From Minisyncoccota bacterium (lineage in GTDB: Bacteria; Patescibacteriota; Minisyncoccia; Phycocordibacterales; UBA2100): 64,000 bases of DNA. How positions within the stretch are numbered: position 1 is the first letter of the stretch; the number at the start of each line of letters is the position of its first letter. Positions 1 through 8,064 of this stretch are shown in pieces. The DNA is taken from NCBI GenBank assembly GCA_035559235.1, contig DATMBM010000007.1:9475-73474 (forward strand). Direction: 5' to 3'. A model generated the notes under the pieces. The model had not been told where the DNA came from, searched no databases, and worked only from the letters and a program-made list of their open reading frames with translations. Both the position numbers and the translations under genes were made by a program.

Positions 1-606
1 GCACTGAATCCGGGGCTGTACGTGTATCACTGTGCTCATCCGAACGTCGCCAACCATATGGCGCATGGGATGTACGGTTTGATCCTCGTTGAACCAAAAG
101 AAGGCTTGCCGCCTGTGGATAAAGAACTCTATGTAATGCAAGGCGAGTTTTATACCGCTGGATCACGTGGGACAAAGGGGTTGCAGGTAATTGATGCAGG
201 CAAAATGCTCGACGGTAATCCAGAATACGTCGTCTTCAATGGACGTACTGGCGCTATCTCGAAAGACAAGGTAGTCGTGAATCAGGGCGAGAAAGTGCGA
301 ATGTACGTCGGCAACGGCGGTGTGAATCTCGTCTCTTCATTCCATCTCATCGGTGAAATATTTGATACAGTGTATCCCGAAGCAGCTATAGGCAGCGAGC
401 CGCACAAGAATGTGCAGAGCACGATTGTGCCCGCTGGTGGAGCAACTATCGTGGAGTTTACGGCAGACGTGCCGGGAACATATGTCTTGGTTGATCACGC
501 TCTTGCTCGTCTCGATAAAGGGGCGTGGGGCACACTTCAGATCATTGGCGAACCACGTCCTGACATTTTCGATGGTGACCCCTCCGATGATCATAGCGGG
601 CACTAA
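1..606 (+). CDS. nirK: Copper-containing nitrite reductase (NirK/AniA type), 5'-truncated by window edge
   Basis: Frame open from base 1; YHC...HMAHGMYGLILVEP type-1 Cu motif, SSFHLIGEIFD and YVLVDH motifs. Confidence 0.9.
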   Translation, partial: ALNPGLYVYHCAHPNVANHMAHGMYGLILVEPKEGLPPVDKELYVMQGEFYTAGSRGTKGLQVIDAGKMLDGNPEYVVFNGRTGAISKDKVVVNQGEKVRMYVGNGGVNLVSSFHLIGEIFDTVYPEAAIGSEPHKNVQSTIVPAGGATIVEFTADVPGTYVLVDHALARLDKGAWGTLQIIGEPRPDIFDGDPSDDHSGH

Positions 607-750
607 TAGCGTTGCGGAGCGATAGGGACGGTGGGGTCGGTGTCTCCCAGTAACTGTTGCAACTTAGGGGACGATCTATAAAACGCCCAGAACTCAGCCA
701 AATAAGTTTTCATTCGGTTCAATATTTTATATGCTGAGTCCGCATAACGC

Positions 751-778
751 TTGCTTAATTTCATGAATGTGCTACCGT
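751..778 (+). promoter_or_regulatory. Putative sigma70 promoter of RRM gene
   Basis: TTGCTT-16nt-TACCGT with TG extension. Confidence 0.4.
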
Positions 779-873
779 GTCGGGGAATGTAAGTTTCCCC
801 ACCTGTGCGCGTTTTACGAGGCTAGGGAAAGGAAAGGTTGGTTTACATTTTTATACAAGCAGCACAGAACACA

Positions 874-1185
874 ATGGCTAAGAAACTCTATGTGGGCGGC
901 CTTCCGTACTCAACGACGGAAGATCAGCTCCGTGACGCTTTCGCGCAGGCCGGCGCCGTCTCGTCCGCGATCATCATCATGGACAAGATGAGCGGCCGCT
1001 CGAAGGGCTTCGGTTTCGTCGAATTTGCCTCCGATGACGACGCGCAAAGCGCGATCGACATGTGGAACGGCAAGGAATTCGGCGGACGCACCCTTACGGT
1101 GAACGAAGCGCGTCCGATGGAAGACCGACCACGCCGAGGAGGTGGCGGCGGCGATTGGGGCGGACGGCGCTCCAACAACTGGTAA
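874..1185 (+). CDS. RRM-domain RNA-binding protein with Gly-rich tail (RbpA-like)
   Basis: RNP2 LYVGGL and RNP1 KGFGFVEF; start re-assigned to ATG 874. Confidence 0.93.
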   Translation: MAKKLYVGGLPYSTTEDQLRDAFAQAGAVSSAIIIMDKMSGRSKGFGFVEFASDDDAQSAIDMWNGKEFGGRTLTVNEARPMEDRPRRGGGGGDWGGRRSNNW

Positions 1186-1198
1186 TTTCCCAGTTATC

Positions 1199-1242
1199 TA
1201 CACCCCCTGATGGCTTCGGCCGTCAGGGGGTGTATGATTTTT
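1199..1242 (+). terminator. Intrinsic terminator-like hairpin
   Basis: TACACCCCCTGATGGC-TTCG-GCCGTCAGGGGGTGTA, cUUCGg loop, followed by TGATTTTT. Confidence 0.8.
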
Positions 1243-1244
1243 GC

Positions 1245-1640
1245 ATGCAATTCGCATTGCGCGCCCTCGGGTGGGGAGTGGTCATTTATGCTGTCATGTA
1301 CCTCCTATGGTCGGGGCTTGTTATCTACGGCCTCGCCTTCGGTCTCGTCGCGCTCGCGATCCGCATCGCGGTCCTCGCGTCAGTGACGACAATCGCAGCC
1401 CGCTCGCTCCGCGCGACGACGCGCATGGACGTCGCACCGTATTCGATCAGCTGGGCTGTGGTAGCCGCTGCGCTCGATGCGATCGTACTTGTACCGTTTT
1501 CCGGCTGGGGGCTCTATTCTGAATGGAGCGTCTGGGCCGGATATGCACTCGTCGCCTTAATCCCGCTTGCGACCTTCTGGAATCCGAAAATCGCACCGCG
1601 CAGCCGTCCTGAAGCCGCACCCCGCCCGCGCATCCAGTAG
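1245..1640 (+). CDS. Hypothetical membrane protein (about 4 TM)
   Basis: Hydrophobic ORF from ATG 1245, TATGAT 6 nt upstream. Confidence 0.7.
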   Translation: MQFALRALGWGVVIYAVMYLLWSGLVIYGLAFGLVALAIRIAVLASVTTIAARSLRATTRMDVAPYSISWAVVAAALDAIVLVPFSGWGLYSEWSVWAGYALVALIPLATFWNPKIAPRSRPEAAPRPRIQ

Positions 1641-1641
1641 T

Positions 1642-2832
1642 ATGGGTCGCTCCGGCGTGGAAGCGCTTGCGATACATCGCTATTTGTTCCGTCTCGCGCT
1701 TGCCGCGGGAAACTTTTTTGCATGGATCGTCGTGTTTCGCGTGTTATTTTTCTTTTCGTCCGACATCTCGCTCGCGCTCGCCGGCACCGCAATTTTGTAT
1801 GCGCTGCAGCACGGCATCGCCGTGATCCTCACGCCGCTCGCGGCCGCGGCGCTGCGTCATGGCGTCCGGCGCGCGCTCATGCTTGGCACATTTGCAGCTG
1901 TCGTCTCGCTCGGTCTCTTGGCAGAATTGTTTTTTTCTCGCCTCGCATTCGTTCCCGAAGTCGTCTTTACGCTCATCTCGGGCTTTGTCATCGTCGGCGG
2001 AATCCAGCGCGCATTGTATTTCGTGCCATATGCTGCTGCCGCGGTGCAGAGTCATCTGGATAGTCGTGACTCGCTCATTCGGGAGGCTTCGCTCGCGTTG
2101 GTGCCGCTTATTGGCGGCTTCGTGATTGGCGAAATCTCGGGTGGCACCGGTCTTCTCTTCGCTGCAGCTGCGGCGTTTGCGGGAGCGTCGCTTTTGGCGC
2201 TTTTTGCCATGCCCGAGACGTACGAGCGATTCGAGTGGGATTATTCCGAAACGGTGCGCGCTCTCGTTTCTCCTTCGCATCGGGACGTGCTCTGGGTCGC
2301 CATATTCGATGGTATGCAGGGCGCTGCGCTCCTTCTCGTGTGGCCATTGGCAGTCTTCATCATCCTTGGGCAGTCATTTTTCTTGCTCGGTGCCGTATTG
2401 TCGGCGACGTTCTTAATGGCGTTTCTTGCGCGGCACATAGTGCGATCGTTCATCGTTCGGCGCGAAGCACAATCCCCGTATGTACTGGCGACCATTGCAT
2501 TTTCAAGCTGGATATTCCGTCTTGCCGCAGGGACGCCGCTGCAGATCGTTGTCGCGGATATTTATTATCATTCGGCGGCGCGGCCGGGGGAGCGCGGCAT
2601 AGACGCACATGCGCACGACCAGTGGGCGGATAGAGGGCACTATGTCGACGAATATACGGCGCTCAAAGAAATGGGGCTCGCAATCGGCAGGATTGCACTG
2701 GCCTCGTTCTTTGTCGTACTCGTGCTGCTTACGCCTGTAGTTGTTGCGTTTGCGACAGGCATCGTGCTCGCTGGGTTTGCAGCCGCCGCGTCGGTCATGC
2801 TTTCACGGCACGTGCGAAAGGAGGCGTTTTAA
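1642..2832 (+). CDS. MFS-like multi-pass membrane transporter
   Basis: About 12 hydrophobic segments, adjoins the upstream stop. Confidence 0.7.
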   Translation: MGRSGVEALAIHRYLFRLALAAGNFFAWIVVFRVLFFFSSDISLALAGTAILYALQHGIAVILTPLAAAALRHGVRRALMLGTFAAVVSLGLLAELFFSRLAFVPEVVFTLISGFVIVGGIQRALYFVPYAAAAVQSHLDSRDSLIREASLALVPLIGGFVIGEISGGTGLLFAAAAAFAGASLLALFAMPETYERFEWDYSETVRALVSPSHRDVLWVAIFDGMQGAALLLVWPLAVFIILGQSFFLLGAVLSATFLMAFLARHIVRSFIVRREAQSPYVLATIAFSSWIFRLAAGTPLQIVVADIYYHSAARPGERGIDAHAHDQWADRGHYVDEYTALKEMGLAIGRIALASFFVVLVLLTPVVVAFATGIVLAGFAAAASVMLSRHVRKEAF

Positions 2833-3275
2833 AAAAGGGAATCGACGACTTCTTTCACGACCCCACCGTCAGCGTTGCCAGCGAATTCCTTCATGACGGC
2901 GCCCATGAGCTTTCCCTTGCCCGCGGCGTCGACGCCCATTTCTTCTTTCTTAGCGCGCGCAACCTTCTCGATATCTTCCCGAGACGCCATTTGCGGCAGG
3001 TAGCTTTCGATGATTGCAAGTTCCTTCATTTCTTTTTCGGCAAGTTCCGGCCGGCCGCCCTTTTCATACTGCTCCGCGGAATCCTTCCGCTGCTTCGACA
3101 ATCGCTTCAGGACGGTCATCGCCATCGCATCATCGACTGCGTCAGTCGGCTTTTTGCTTTTCGCGACCAGCTCGTTCGTGAAGGCGGCGATGGCGCCGCG
3201 CAATGTCTGCACGCGCAGATCATCTTTCGCCTTCATTGCGTCCTTCATGTCGCTTTTTATCTGGTCGACAAGCAT
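2829..3275 (-). CDS. yqeY: GatB/YqeY domain protein
   Basis: DMKDAMKAKD, KQRKDSAEQY, YLPQM, GKLMGAVMK...ADG motifs. Confidence 0.9.
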   Translation of the reverse strand: MLVDQIKSDMKDAMKAKDDLRVQTLRGAIAAFTNELVAKSKKPTDAVDDAMAMTVLKRLSKQRKDSAEQYEKGGRPELAEKEMKELAIIESYLPQMASREDIEKVARAKKEEMGVDAAGKGKLMGAVMKEFAGNADGGVVKEVVDSLF

Positions 3276-3299
3276 GGTGGAAGTGTAGCAAAGGGATAC

Positions 3300-3337
3300 A
3301 AAAAAAGAAGGCCGGGCACGCGGGTACCCGGCCTTCT
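3300..3337 (-). terminator. Intrinsic terminator of the putative sRNA
   Basis: AGAAGGCCGGGTAC-ccgc-GTGCCCGGCCTTCT followed by T-run on the minus strand. Confidence 0.85.
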
Positions 3338-3414
3338 ACCCGCAGCGTCGAGGTGGGACTGCGGGTCTCCGGGCAGGCGATGGTGTGATCGCATACACAC
3401 CCGGAAAGAACAAC
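3300..3414 (-). ncRNA. Putative free-standing small RNA (about 115 nt, three stem-loops)
   Basis: Bounded by TTGACA/TACCAT promoter and intrinsic terminator; no credible ORF. Confidence 0.6.
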
Positions 3415-3420
3415 CCGCCT

Positions 3421-3448
3421 ATGGTACGTCAGAGGCGGTTTCTGTCAA
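3421..3448 (-). promoter_or_regulatory. sigma70 promoter for the putative sRNA
   Basis: TTGACA (3448-3443), 16 nt, TACCAT (3426-3421). Confidence 0.6.
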
Positions 3449-3473
3449 TCGCGGAAACAGGTACAATATGCGT

Positions 3474-4535
3474 ATGGAGTGGCTCATCGTCATCCTCCTT
3501 ATCGCCAATTTTGCACTGGTGAGTTTTCTCTTTTGGCGCAGCCGCCAGCCGCGCGAGGACGGCCAAGGCCTGATGCTTCTACAAAACCAGCTCCAAGACC
3601 TGGCGCGGCTCCTCGGCGACGGCACCAACCGGATGAACGAGAGTATGCGCGCACAGAGCGCCGAAACCCAGCGCCTCATGAGCGACATCTCGGAAAAGGT
3701 CGCGCGCCAGCTCCTTGAGGTCGTCAAAGGCATTACTGAGACGAAAGAATCAACAAAGCAGGTCTTCACGCTTGCGGAGCAACTACAAAATCTCGAAAAA
3801 GTGCTGAAGCACCAGAAACAGCGGGGGAATCTGGGTGAGGCGTCGCTCGAACTGATTCTCGCCAACATCCTTCCGCCCGGTTCGTACAAAATGCAGCACG
3901 AATTTCCGGGCGGGGAGACGGTCGATGCCGTCATCATGACGAAGGAGGGCATTATCCCGATCGACGCGAAATTTTCGCTCGACAACTACCAACGGCTTGT
4001 GAGCGCGATCGACGACAGGCAGCGGGAAGAACTTGAGAAGCAATTCAAGAACGATTTGAAGTTGCGCATTGACGAATGCGCCAAGTACGTACGGCCAAAG
4101 GACGGAACACTGCCGTTTGCCTTTATGTATATACCGGCCGAGGCGATTTACTACGATCTCCTCGTCAACGAAGTCGGTTCGGTGAAAGTGAATACCCGCA
4201 ACCTCATCGACTATGCCTATAACGAAAAAAAGGTCATCATTGTCTCACCGACGACGTTTGCGGCGTACCTCCAATCAGTCCTGTACGGGTTTAAGGCGTT
4301 CAAGATCGAAGAAACCGCAAAGGATATCGTGAAAAACGTTGAGAGCCTTTCGCGGCATCTTAAGGCCTACGAAGACTACTACAAGAAACTCGGTAATTCG
4401 CTCTCGACGACAGTGAATCACTTCAATGCGGGATCGAAGGAACTGGGGAAGATTGATAAGGACGTGCTGCGGATAACGGGCGAGTCGTCGGGGCTTGAAG
4501 TTGGGATATTGGAGCGTCCGCAAACGTTAGAATAA
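3474..4535 (+). CDS. rmuC: DNA recombination protein RmuC
   Basis: N-terminal TM, coiled coil, RGNLGE, IPIDAKF, FAFMYIPAEAIY, VSPTT motifs; start 3474 (or 3468). Confidence 0.9.
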   Translation: MEWLIVILLIANFALVSFLFWRSRQPREDGQGLMLLQNQLQDLARLLGDGTNRMNESMRAQSAETQRLMSDISEKVARQLLEVVKGITETKESTKQVFTLAEQLQNLEKVLKHQKQRGNLGEASLELILANILPPGSYKMQHEFPGGETVDAVIMTKEGIIPIDAKFSLDNYQRLVSAIDDRQREELEKQFKNDLKLRIDECAKYVRPKDGTLPFAFMYIPAEAIYYDLLVNEVGSVKVNTRNLIDYAYNEKKVIIVSPTTFAAYLQSVLYGFKAFKIEETAKDIVKNVESLSRHLKAYEDYYKKLGNSLSTTVNHFNAGSKELGKIDKDVLRITGESSGLEVGILERPQTLE

Positions 4536-4540
4536 TGCAC

Positions 4541-4569
4541 TTGCCACTGCTAGTTTAATGCGATATATT
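4541..4569 (+). promoter_or_regulatory. Putative sigma70 promoter upstream of the rplU leader
   Basis: TTGCCA-17nt-TATATT. Confidence 0.6.
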
Positions 4570-4580
4570 ATCCGCGCGAG

Positions 4581-4706
4581 AGGGGCTGAGACGTCTTCCG
4601 ATTTGCTCCGCTACCATCGCAAACAGGGCGGACTTTCCTAGGGTGTGGTCTTCCCAGCGACCGGGTCGCAAGGCCTTGGTGCGGCAGCAAGCGTCTCGTT
4701 GTCCCT
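4581..4706 (+). ncRNA. Structured 5' leader (or co-transcribed ncRNA) upstream of rplU
   Basis: 14-bp closing stem AGGGGC/GTCCCT plus TGAGACGT/GCGTCTCG, internal hairpins incl. GCAA tetraloop. Confidence 0.45.
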
Positions 4707-4724
4707 AACTTTTTCAAACAACTT

Positions 4725-5039
4725 ATGGCCAAATTTGCCATCATTTCGACCGGCTCGAAGCAGTACCTCGTCAAGGACGGGGACGTCATTTCTGTCGAGC
4801 GCCTGAAGGGGACGAAGGGCAAGGGCTCGAAAGTCAATTTTGATACCGTACTTCTCACGGCCGATGGCGACAAAGTCACCGTCGGTTCTCCGCACGTCTC
4901 AGGCGCAAAGGTCGCCGGAGAGATCGTCGACGAAGGCCGCGACGACAAGGTCACCGTCATCCGCTACCGCCAGAAGTCGCGCTATTTCAAGAAAAAGGGC
5001 CACCGTCAGCCGTTCACGAAAGTGAAAATCAGCCTGTAG
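4725..5039 (+). CDS. rplU: 50S ribosomal protein L21
   Basis: AIISTGSKQY...KKGHRQPFTKVKI. Confidence 0.97.
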   Translation: MAKFAIISTGSKQYLVKDGDVISVERLKGTKGKGSKVNFDTVLLTADGDKVTVGSPHVSGAKVAGEIVDEGRDDKVTVIRYRQKSRYFKKKGHRQPFTKVKISL

Positions 5040-5113
5040 GAACCGCTTCGTTTACCGCGCACAAACACCTGTAGTAGGGTGTTATTAGTTGATGCCCGTC
5101 AAAGGAGGCACAC

Positions 5114-5362
5114 ATGCACAAAGCCATCAGCTACTATGATTTCTCTCAGGAGGAGCAAAGCATCGCTGAATTGATCGAACTGATTGAGAAAAATGGAGGG
5201 GCCATCGGTCGCGCGGCGGACACGCTGCTTAAGAAAAGCAGCACAACGCACACGATTGCGCTGGAATGTACTATAGCCGTTATACACAGCGGCAAGCTCG
5301 ACCTTGAGACACCGCGGGTTGGAGACTTATACGACATTGCATCCCAGGAGGGATTAAAGTAA
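5114..5362 (+). CDS. Hypothetical protein (82 aa)
   Basis: Strong SD AAAGGAGG 5 nt before ATG; protein-like composition. Confidence 0.6.
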   Translation: MHKAISYYDFSQEEQSIAELIELIEKNGGAIGRAADTLLKKSSTTHTIALECTIAVIHSGKLDLETPRVGDLYDIASQEGLK

Positions 5363-5605
5363 TTGCCGATGACAGTGGTTTTTGGGCTCATCGCGCCGTA
5401 TGTCAATGGTGAGTTTGATGTTCCACAACTCTCTATCTGCCACCCGCCATTTCAACTTCGGACGCGGAGCGGATGGCGCGACTTTTGCATCAACGTGTGC
5501 CGCCGCGGTGTTAAAAGACAGTGGGGGCTCGGGGCCACCATAATCCGGCGAGAAAAAAGTGTTTTCTCGCGGTAGCGGCTTCGTATGGCTCTGCCCCTAG
5601 TATTC

Positions 5606-5633
5606 GAGCCCGCCGTGTGCACACGGCGGGCTC
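5606..5633. terminator. Perfect 28-bp palindrome between convergent ORFs (likely bidirectional terminator)
   Basis: GAGCCCGCCGTGTG|CACACGGCGGGCTC. Confidence 0.6.
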
Positions 5634-5643
5634 TCAATCATGT

Positions 5644-5835
5644 TTACTCCCCCTTTGGCGGTTCACTGTAGCGGGCAAGAAGCGCGGCAACTACCACGAT
5701 GATCGCAAGGATGAAATAGTGATATGTCCTCAAAAGGATTGGGTCGAAGACATGATACAGCGCAACGTAGCCGATCAGGAGAGCTGTAAGAATGATCACA
5801 AAACGGCCAAGCGAGGTTTTCCATAGTACCGACAC
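5644..5835 (-). CDS. Small two-TM membrane protein (63 aa)
   Basis: GGAGG 6 nt before GTG; TTGACA-17-GAGAAT upstream; two hydrophobic helices. Confidence 0.6.
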   Translation of the reverse strand: MSVLWKTSLGRFVIILTALLIGYVALYHVFDPILLRTYHYFILAIIVVVAALLARYSEPPKGE

Positions 5836-5883
5836 GGAGGTCCTCCATAAGCGGATGCACAGTCCCGCCGTATTCTCTGTATT

Positions 5884-6477
5884 TCATCGACGATTGTCAA
5901 AGGCACTCTTTAATGTGTCCGGATCGGCGTATTCAAGCTCCGAGCCAGTCGAAAGCCCGCGGCCGAGTTTCGTGATTTTGATGTCATTTTTCGACAGTTC
6001 TTCACGTACCCGTGCCGCGGTCGCATCGCCTTCCGGGTTGACCGGAAACGCCAAAATAATTTCAGAAAGACCTTTTTTCGCGCGCGCAGGGATCGAAGAA
6101 AGCAGCTCCTTGATACGAAGTCCGTTCGCCTTATCTGAAGCGAGCGATACGAGCCCGCCGAGCACGAAATACCTACCGCGGTATGTACGCGAACGTTCCA
6201 ATGCGAGGAGGTCTGCGTCCGACGCGACGATTGCGAGAAGCCCGAAATCACGTTGGGTATCGGCGCAGATAGTGCACGCGCCCTTCGTGCCCGCAAAGAA
6301 GCGTTTGCATTCGGGGCACTGGTGCACGGAAGACGCAAGGTCGCGCACACCCTCGATCAGTTCACGACGTACGGCCGGCGACGATCGCAACAGGAATTGT
6401 ACGAACCGCTGTGCTTGGCGTGGGCCGATGCCGGGAAAGCGCTCGAAGAGCGAAGAGAGGCGATCGATCGGATCCAT
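5884..6477 (-). CDS. recR: Recombination mediator RecR
   Basis: PGIGPRQAQR HhH, CxxC...CxxC zinc finger, TOPRIM, GSELEYAD. Confidence 0.95.
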   Translation of the reverse strand: MDPIDRLSSLFERFPGIGPRQAQRFVQFLLRSSPAVRRELIEGVRDLASSVHQCPECKRFFAGTKGACTICADTQRDFGLLAIVASDADLLALERSRTYRGRYFVLGGLVSLASDKANGLRIKELLSSIPARAKKGLSEIILAFPVNPEGDATAARVREELSKNDIKITKLGRGLSTGSELEYADPDTLKSAFDNRR

Positions 6478-6489
6478 GCGTGCAGTGTA

Positions 6490-7902
6490 TCAAAACGGCG
6501 CCTCGTCCAATCCAACACGCGCCTCCGGGGTGAAGTCACCGAAGTCGGCCTTTTCAATCGTGCGGAACGTTGTCTTCTCTTCGTCAAACAGGAGCTCGAT
6601 CTTCCCGACGGGCCCGTTGCGGTGCTTCTCGATGAGGATTTCGGCGATGTTGTTCTTTTCGCCGTCGGAGCGACTGTCCATCATGTCTTCGCGGTGGATG
6701 AACATCACGACGTCGGCGTCCTGTTCGAGCGAACCGGAATCACGAAGGTCGGACAGTTTGGGTCGTCCGCGGCGTTTTTCGATCTCGCGCGAGAGCTGCG
6801 AGAGCGCGAGCACCGGCACGTCCAGCTCGCGGGCCATTTGTTTGAGGGAACGGGAAATCTCGGTCACTTGCTGGACGACGGAGACGTTCGAGCCCTGCGT
6901 CGTCGGCGTGATGAGCTGCAGGTAATCGACGATGACGAGCCCCAAGCCCTTTTCGATTTTCATGCGGCGAGCGGTCGAGCGCATGGCGAGTACCGTAATG
7001 CCCGGCTTGTCGTCGATAAAGATCGGCGCCTCGCTCAGCTCGGCGATGGCCTCTTGCAGCCGCTCGTATTCCTCATCTTTCGAAATCTTGCCCGTCCGCA
7101 ACCGCCACGAATTGACGCCGGCCTGTGCCGCAAGCATACGGTCCACCATTTGTTGTGAGCTCATCTCAAGCGTAAAGATGCCGACTGGCGTTTGGTGCTT
7201 GGTCGATGTTTGTCTTGCAATATCGAGCGCGAGCGCCGACTTGCCCATGGACGGTCGCGCGGCGAGGATGATGAGATCGCTTTTTTGTAGGCCCGAGAGC
7301 ATATTGTCGAGTGCGGGGAAGCCGGTCGGGATGCCGCGGAGCGCCCCTGTGTGCTTTTGGAGCGCCTCGAGGCGCTCCCACGCATCGTCCAGCTCTTCTT
7401 TGATTGCGGTAAAGTTGCGCATCGTTGAGGCGTTTGAAATCGCGAACACCGCCGCCTGGGCTTCGTCGAGCACCTGTTCGATTTCGCGATCTTCCTGGAA
7501 ACCCAGCTCGCCGATTTTGGCTGCGGCGTTCAAGAGCGAGCGCAACATGAATTTCGTCTGCACGACTTGCGCGTAGTGCGCGGCCGAGCCGGGAGACGCG
7601 ACCGAGCCAGCGAGTTCCGAAAGATATGCGCGGCCGCCGATGTCCTGCAATTGCTTCCGCTCATCTAATTTTGAGGCGACCGTAACGATGTCGATCGGCT
7701 CGCCCTTGGTGTAGAGGCTGAGGATCGCGTCGTAAATGGAACGATGCTTTCCGGCGTAAAAAGAGTCGACGTGTACGATATCTGCCGCTTCGTAGATTGC
7801 GGCCTGGTTGATCATCAGTGCGCCCAAAAGCGCCTTCTCGGTTTCGAGATCATGCGGCGGCACGCGGACTCCTTGCGGGGAGGATGCGGACGGCAAAGCC
7901 AT
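6490..7902 (-). CDS. dnaB: Replicative DNA helicase DnaB
   Basis: PPHDLETE, AARPSMGKS, IVDYLQL, LSQLSR, LRDSGSLEQDAD. Confidence 0.97.
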   Translation of the reverse strand: MALPSASSPQGVRVPPHDLETEKALLGALMINQAAIYEAADIVHVDSFYAGKHRSIYDAILSLYTKGEPIDIVTVASKLDERKQLQDIGGRAYLSELAGSVASPGSAAHYAQVVQTKFMLRSLLNAAAKIGELGFQEDREIEQVLDEAQAAVFAISNASTMRNFTAIKEELDDAWERLEALQKHTGALRGIPTGFPALDNMLSGLQKSDLIILAARPSMGKSALALDIARQTSTKHQTPVGIFTLEMSSQQMVDRMLAAQAGVNSWRLRTGKISKDEEYERLQEAIAELSEAPIFIDDKPGITVLAMRSTARRMKIEKGLGLVIVDYLQLITPTTQGSNVSVVQQVTEISRSLKQMARELDVPVLALSQLSREIEKRRGRPKLSDLRDSGSLEQDADVVMFIHREDMMDSRSDGEKNNIAEILIEKHRNGPVGKIELLFDEEKTTFRTIEKADFGDFTPEARVGLDEAPF

Positions 7903-7958
7903 ACCCAAATACTACCACTGTTGCGTTTCGTGAAGATCTGCGGTATACCGATGGCGCT

Positions 7959-7989
7959 TGTGCATAGGGTGTGGATGCAGGGTGGACAG
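7959..7989. promoter_or_regulatory. Three degenerate DnaA-box-like repeats at 11-bp spacing
   Basis: TGTGCATAG, TGTGGATGC, GGTGGACAG vs TGTGGATAA. Confidence 0.35.
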
Positions 7990-8064
7990 GGAGCCTTGAC
8001 ATCATTGATGGCGATTGATATAAGGTATGTCACGAAGAGAGAGTAAGTCAATTTTGATAAATCC

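Noticed and set aside
739-751. Integron attC-like core (GCATAAC / GTTATGC)
   Set aside because: No matching partner core at cassette spacing and no integron integrase
2991-3473. Long N-terminal extension of RmuC in the ORF track
   Set aside because: Overlaps yqeY and the putative sRNA on the opposite strand; the real start at 3468/3474 precedes the TM helix
4582-4706. tmRNA, SRP RNA or HDV-like ribozyme in the rplU leader
   Set aside because: Begins GGGGCTGA like tmRNA but has no T-arm/CCA end and is too short; lacks the SRP CAGG/AGCA loop; no P3/L3/P1 arrangement for HDV
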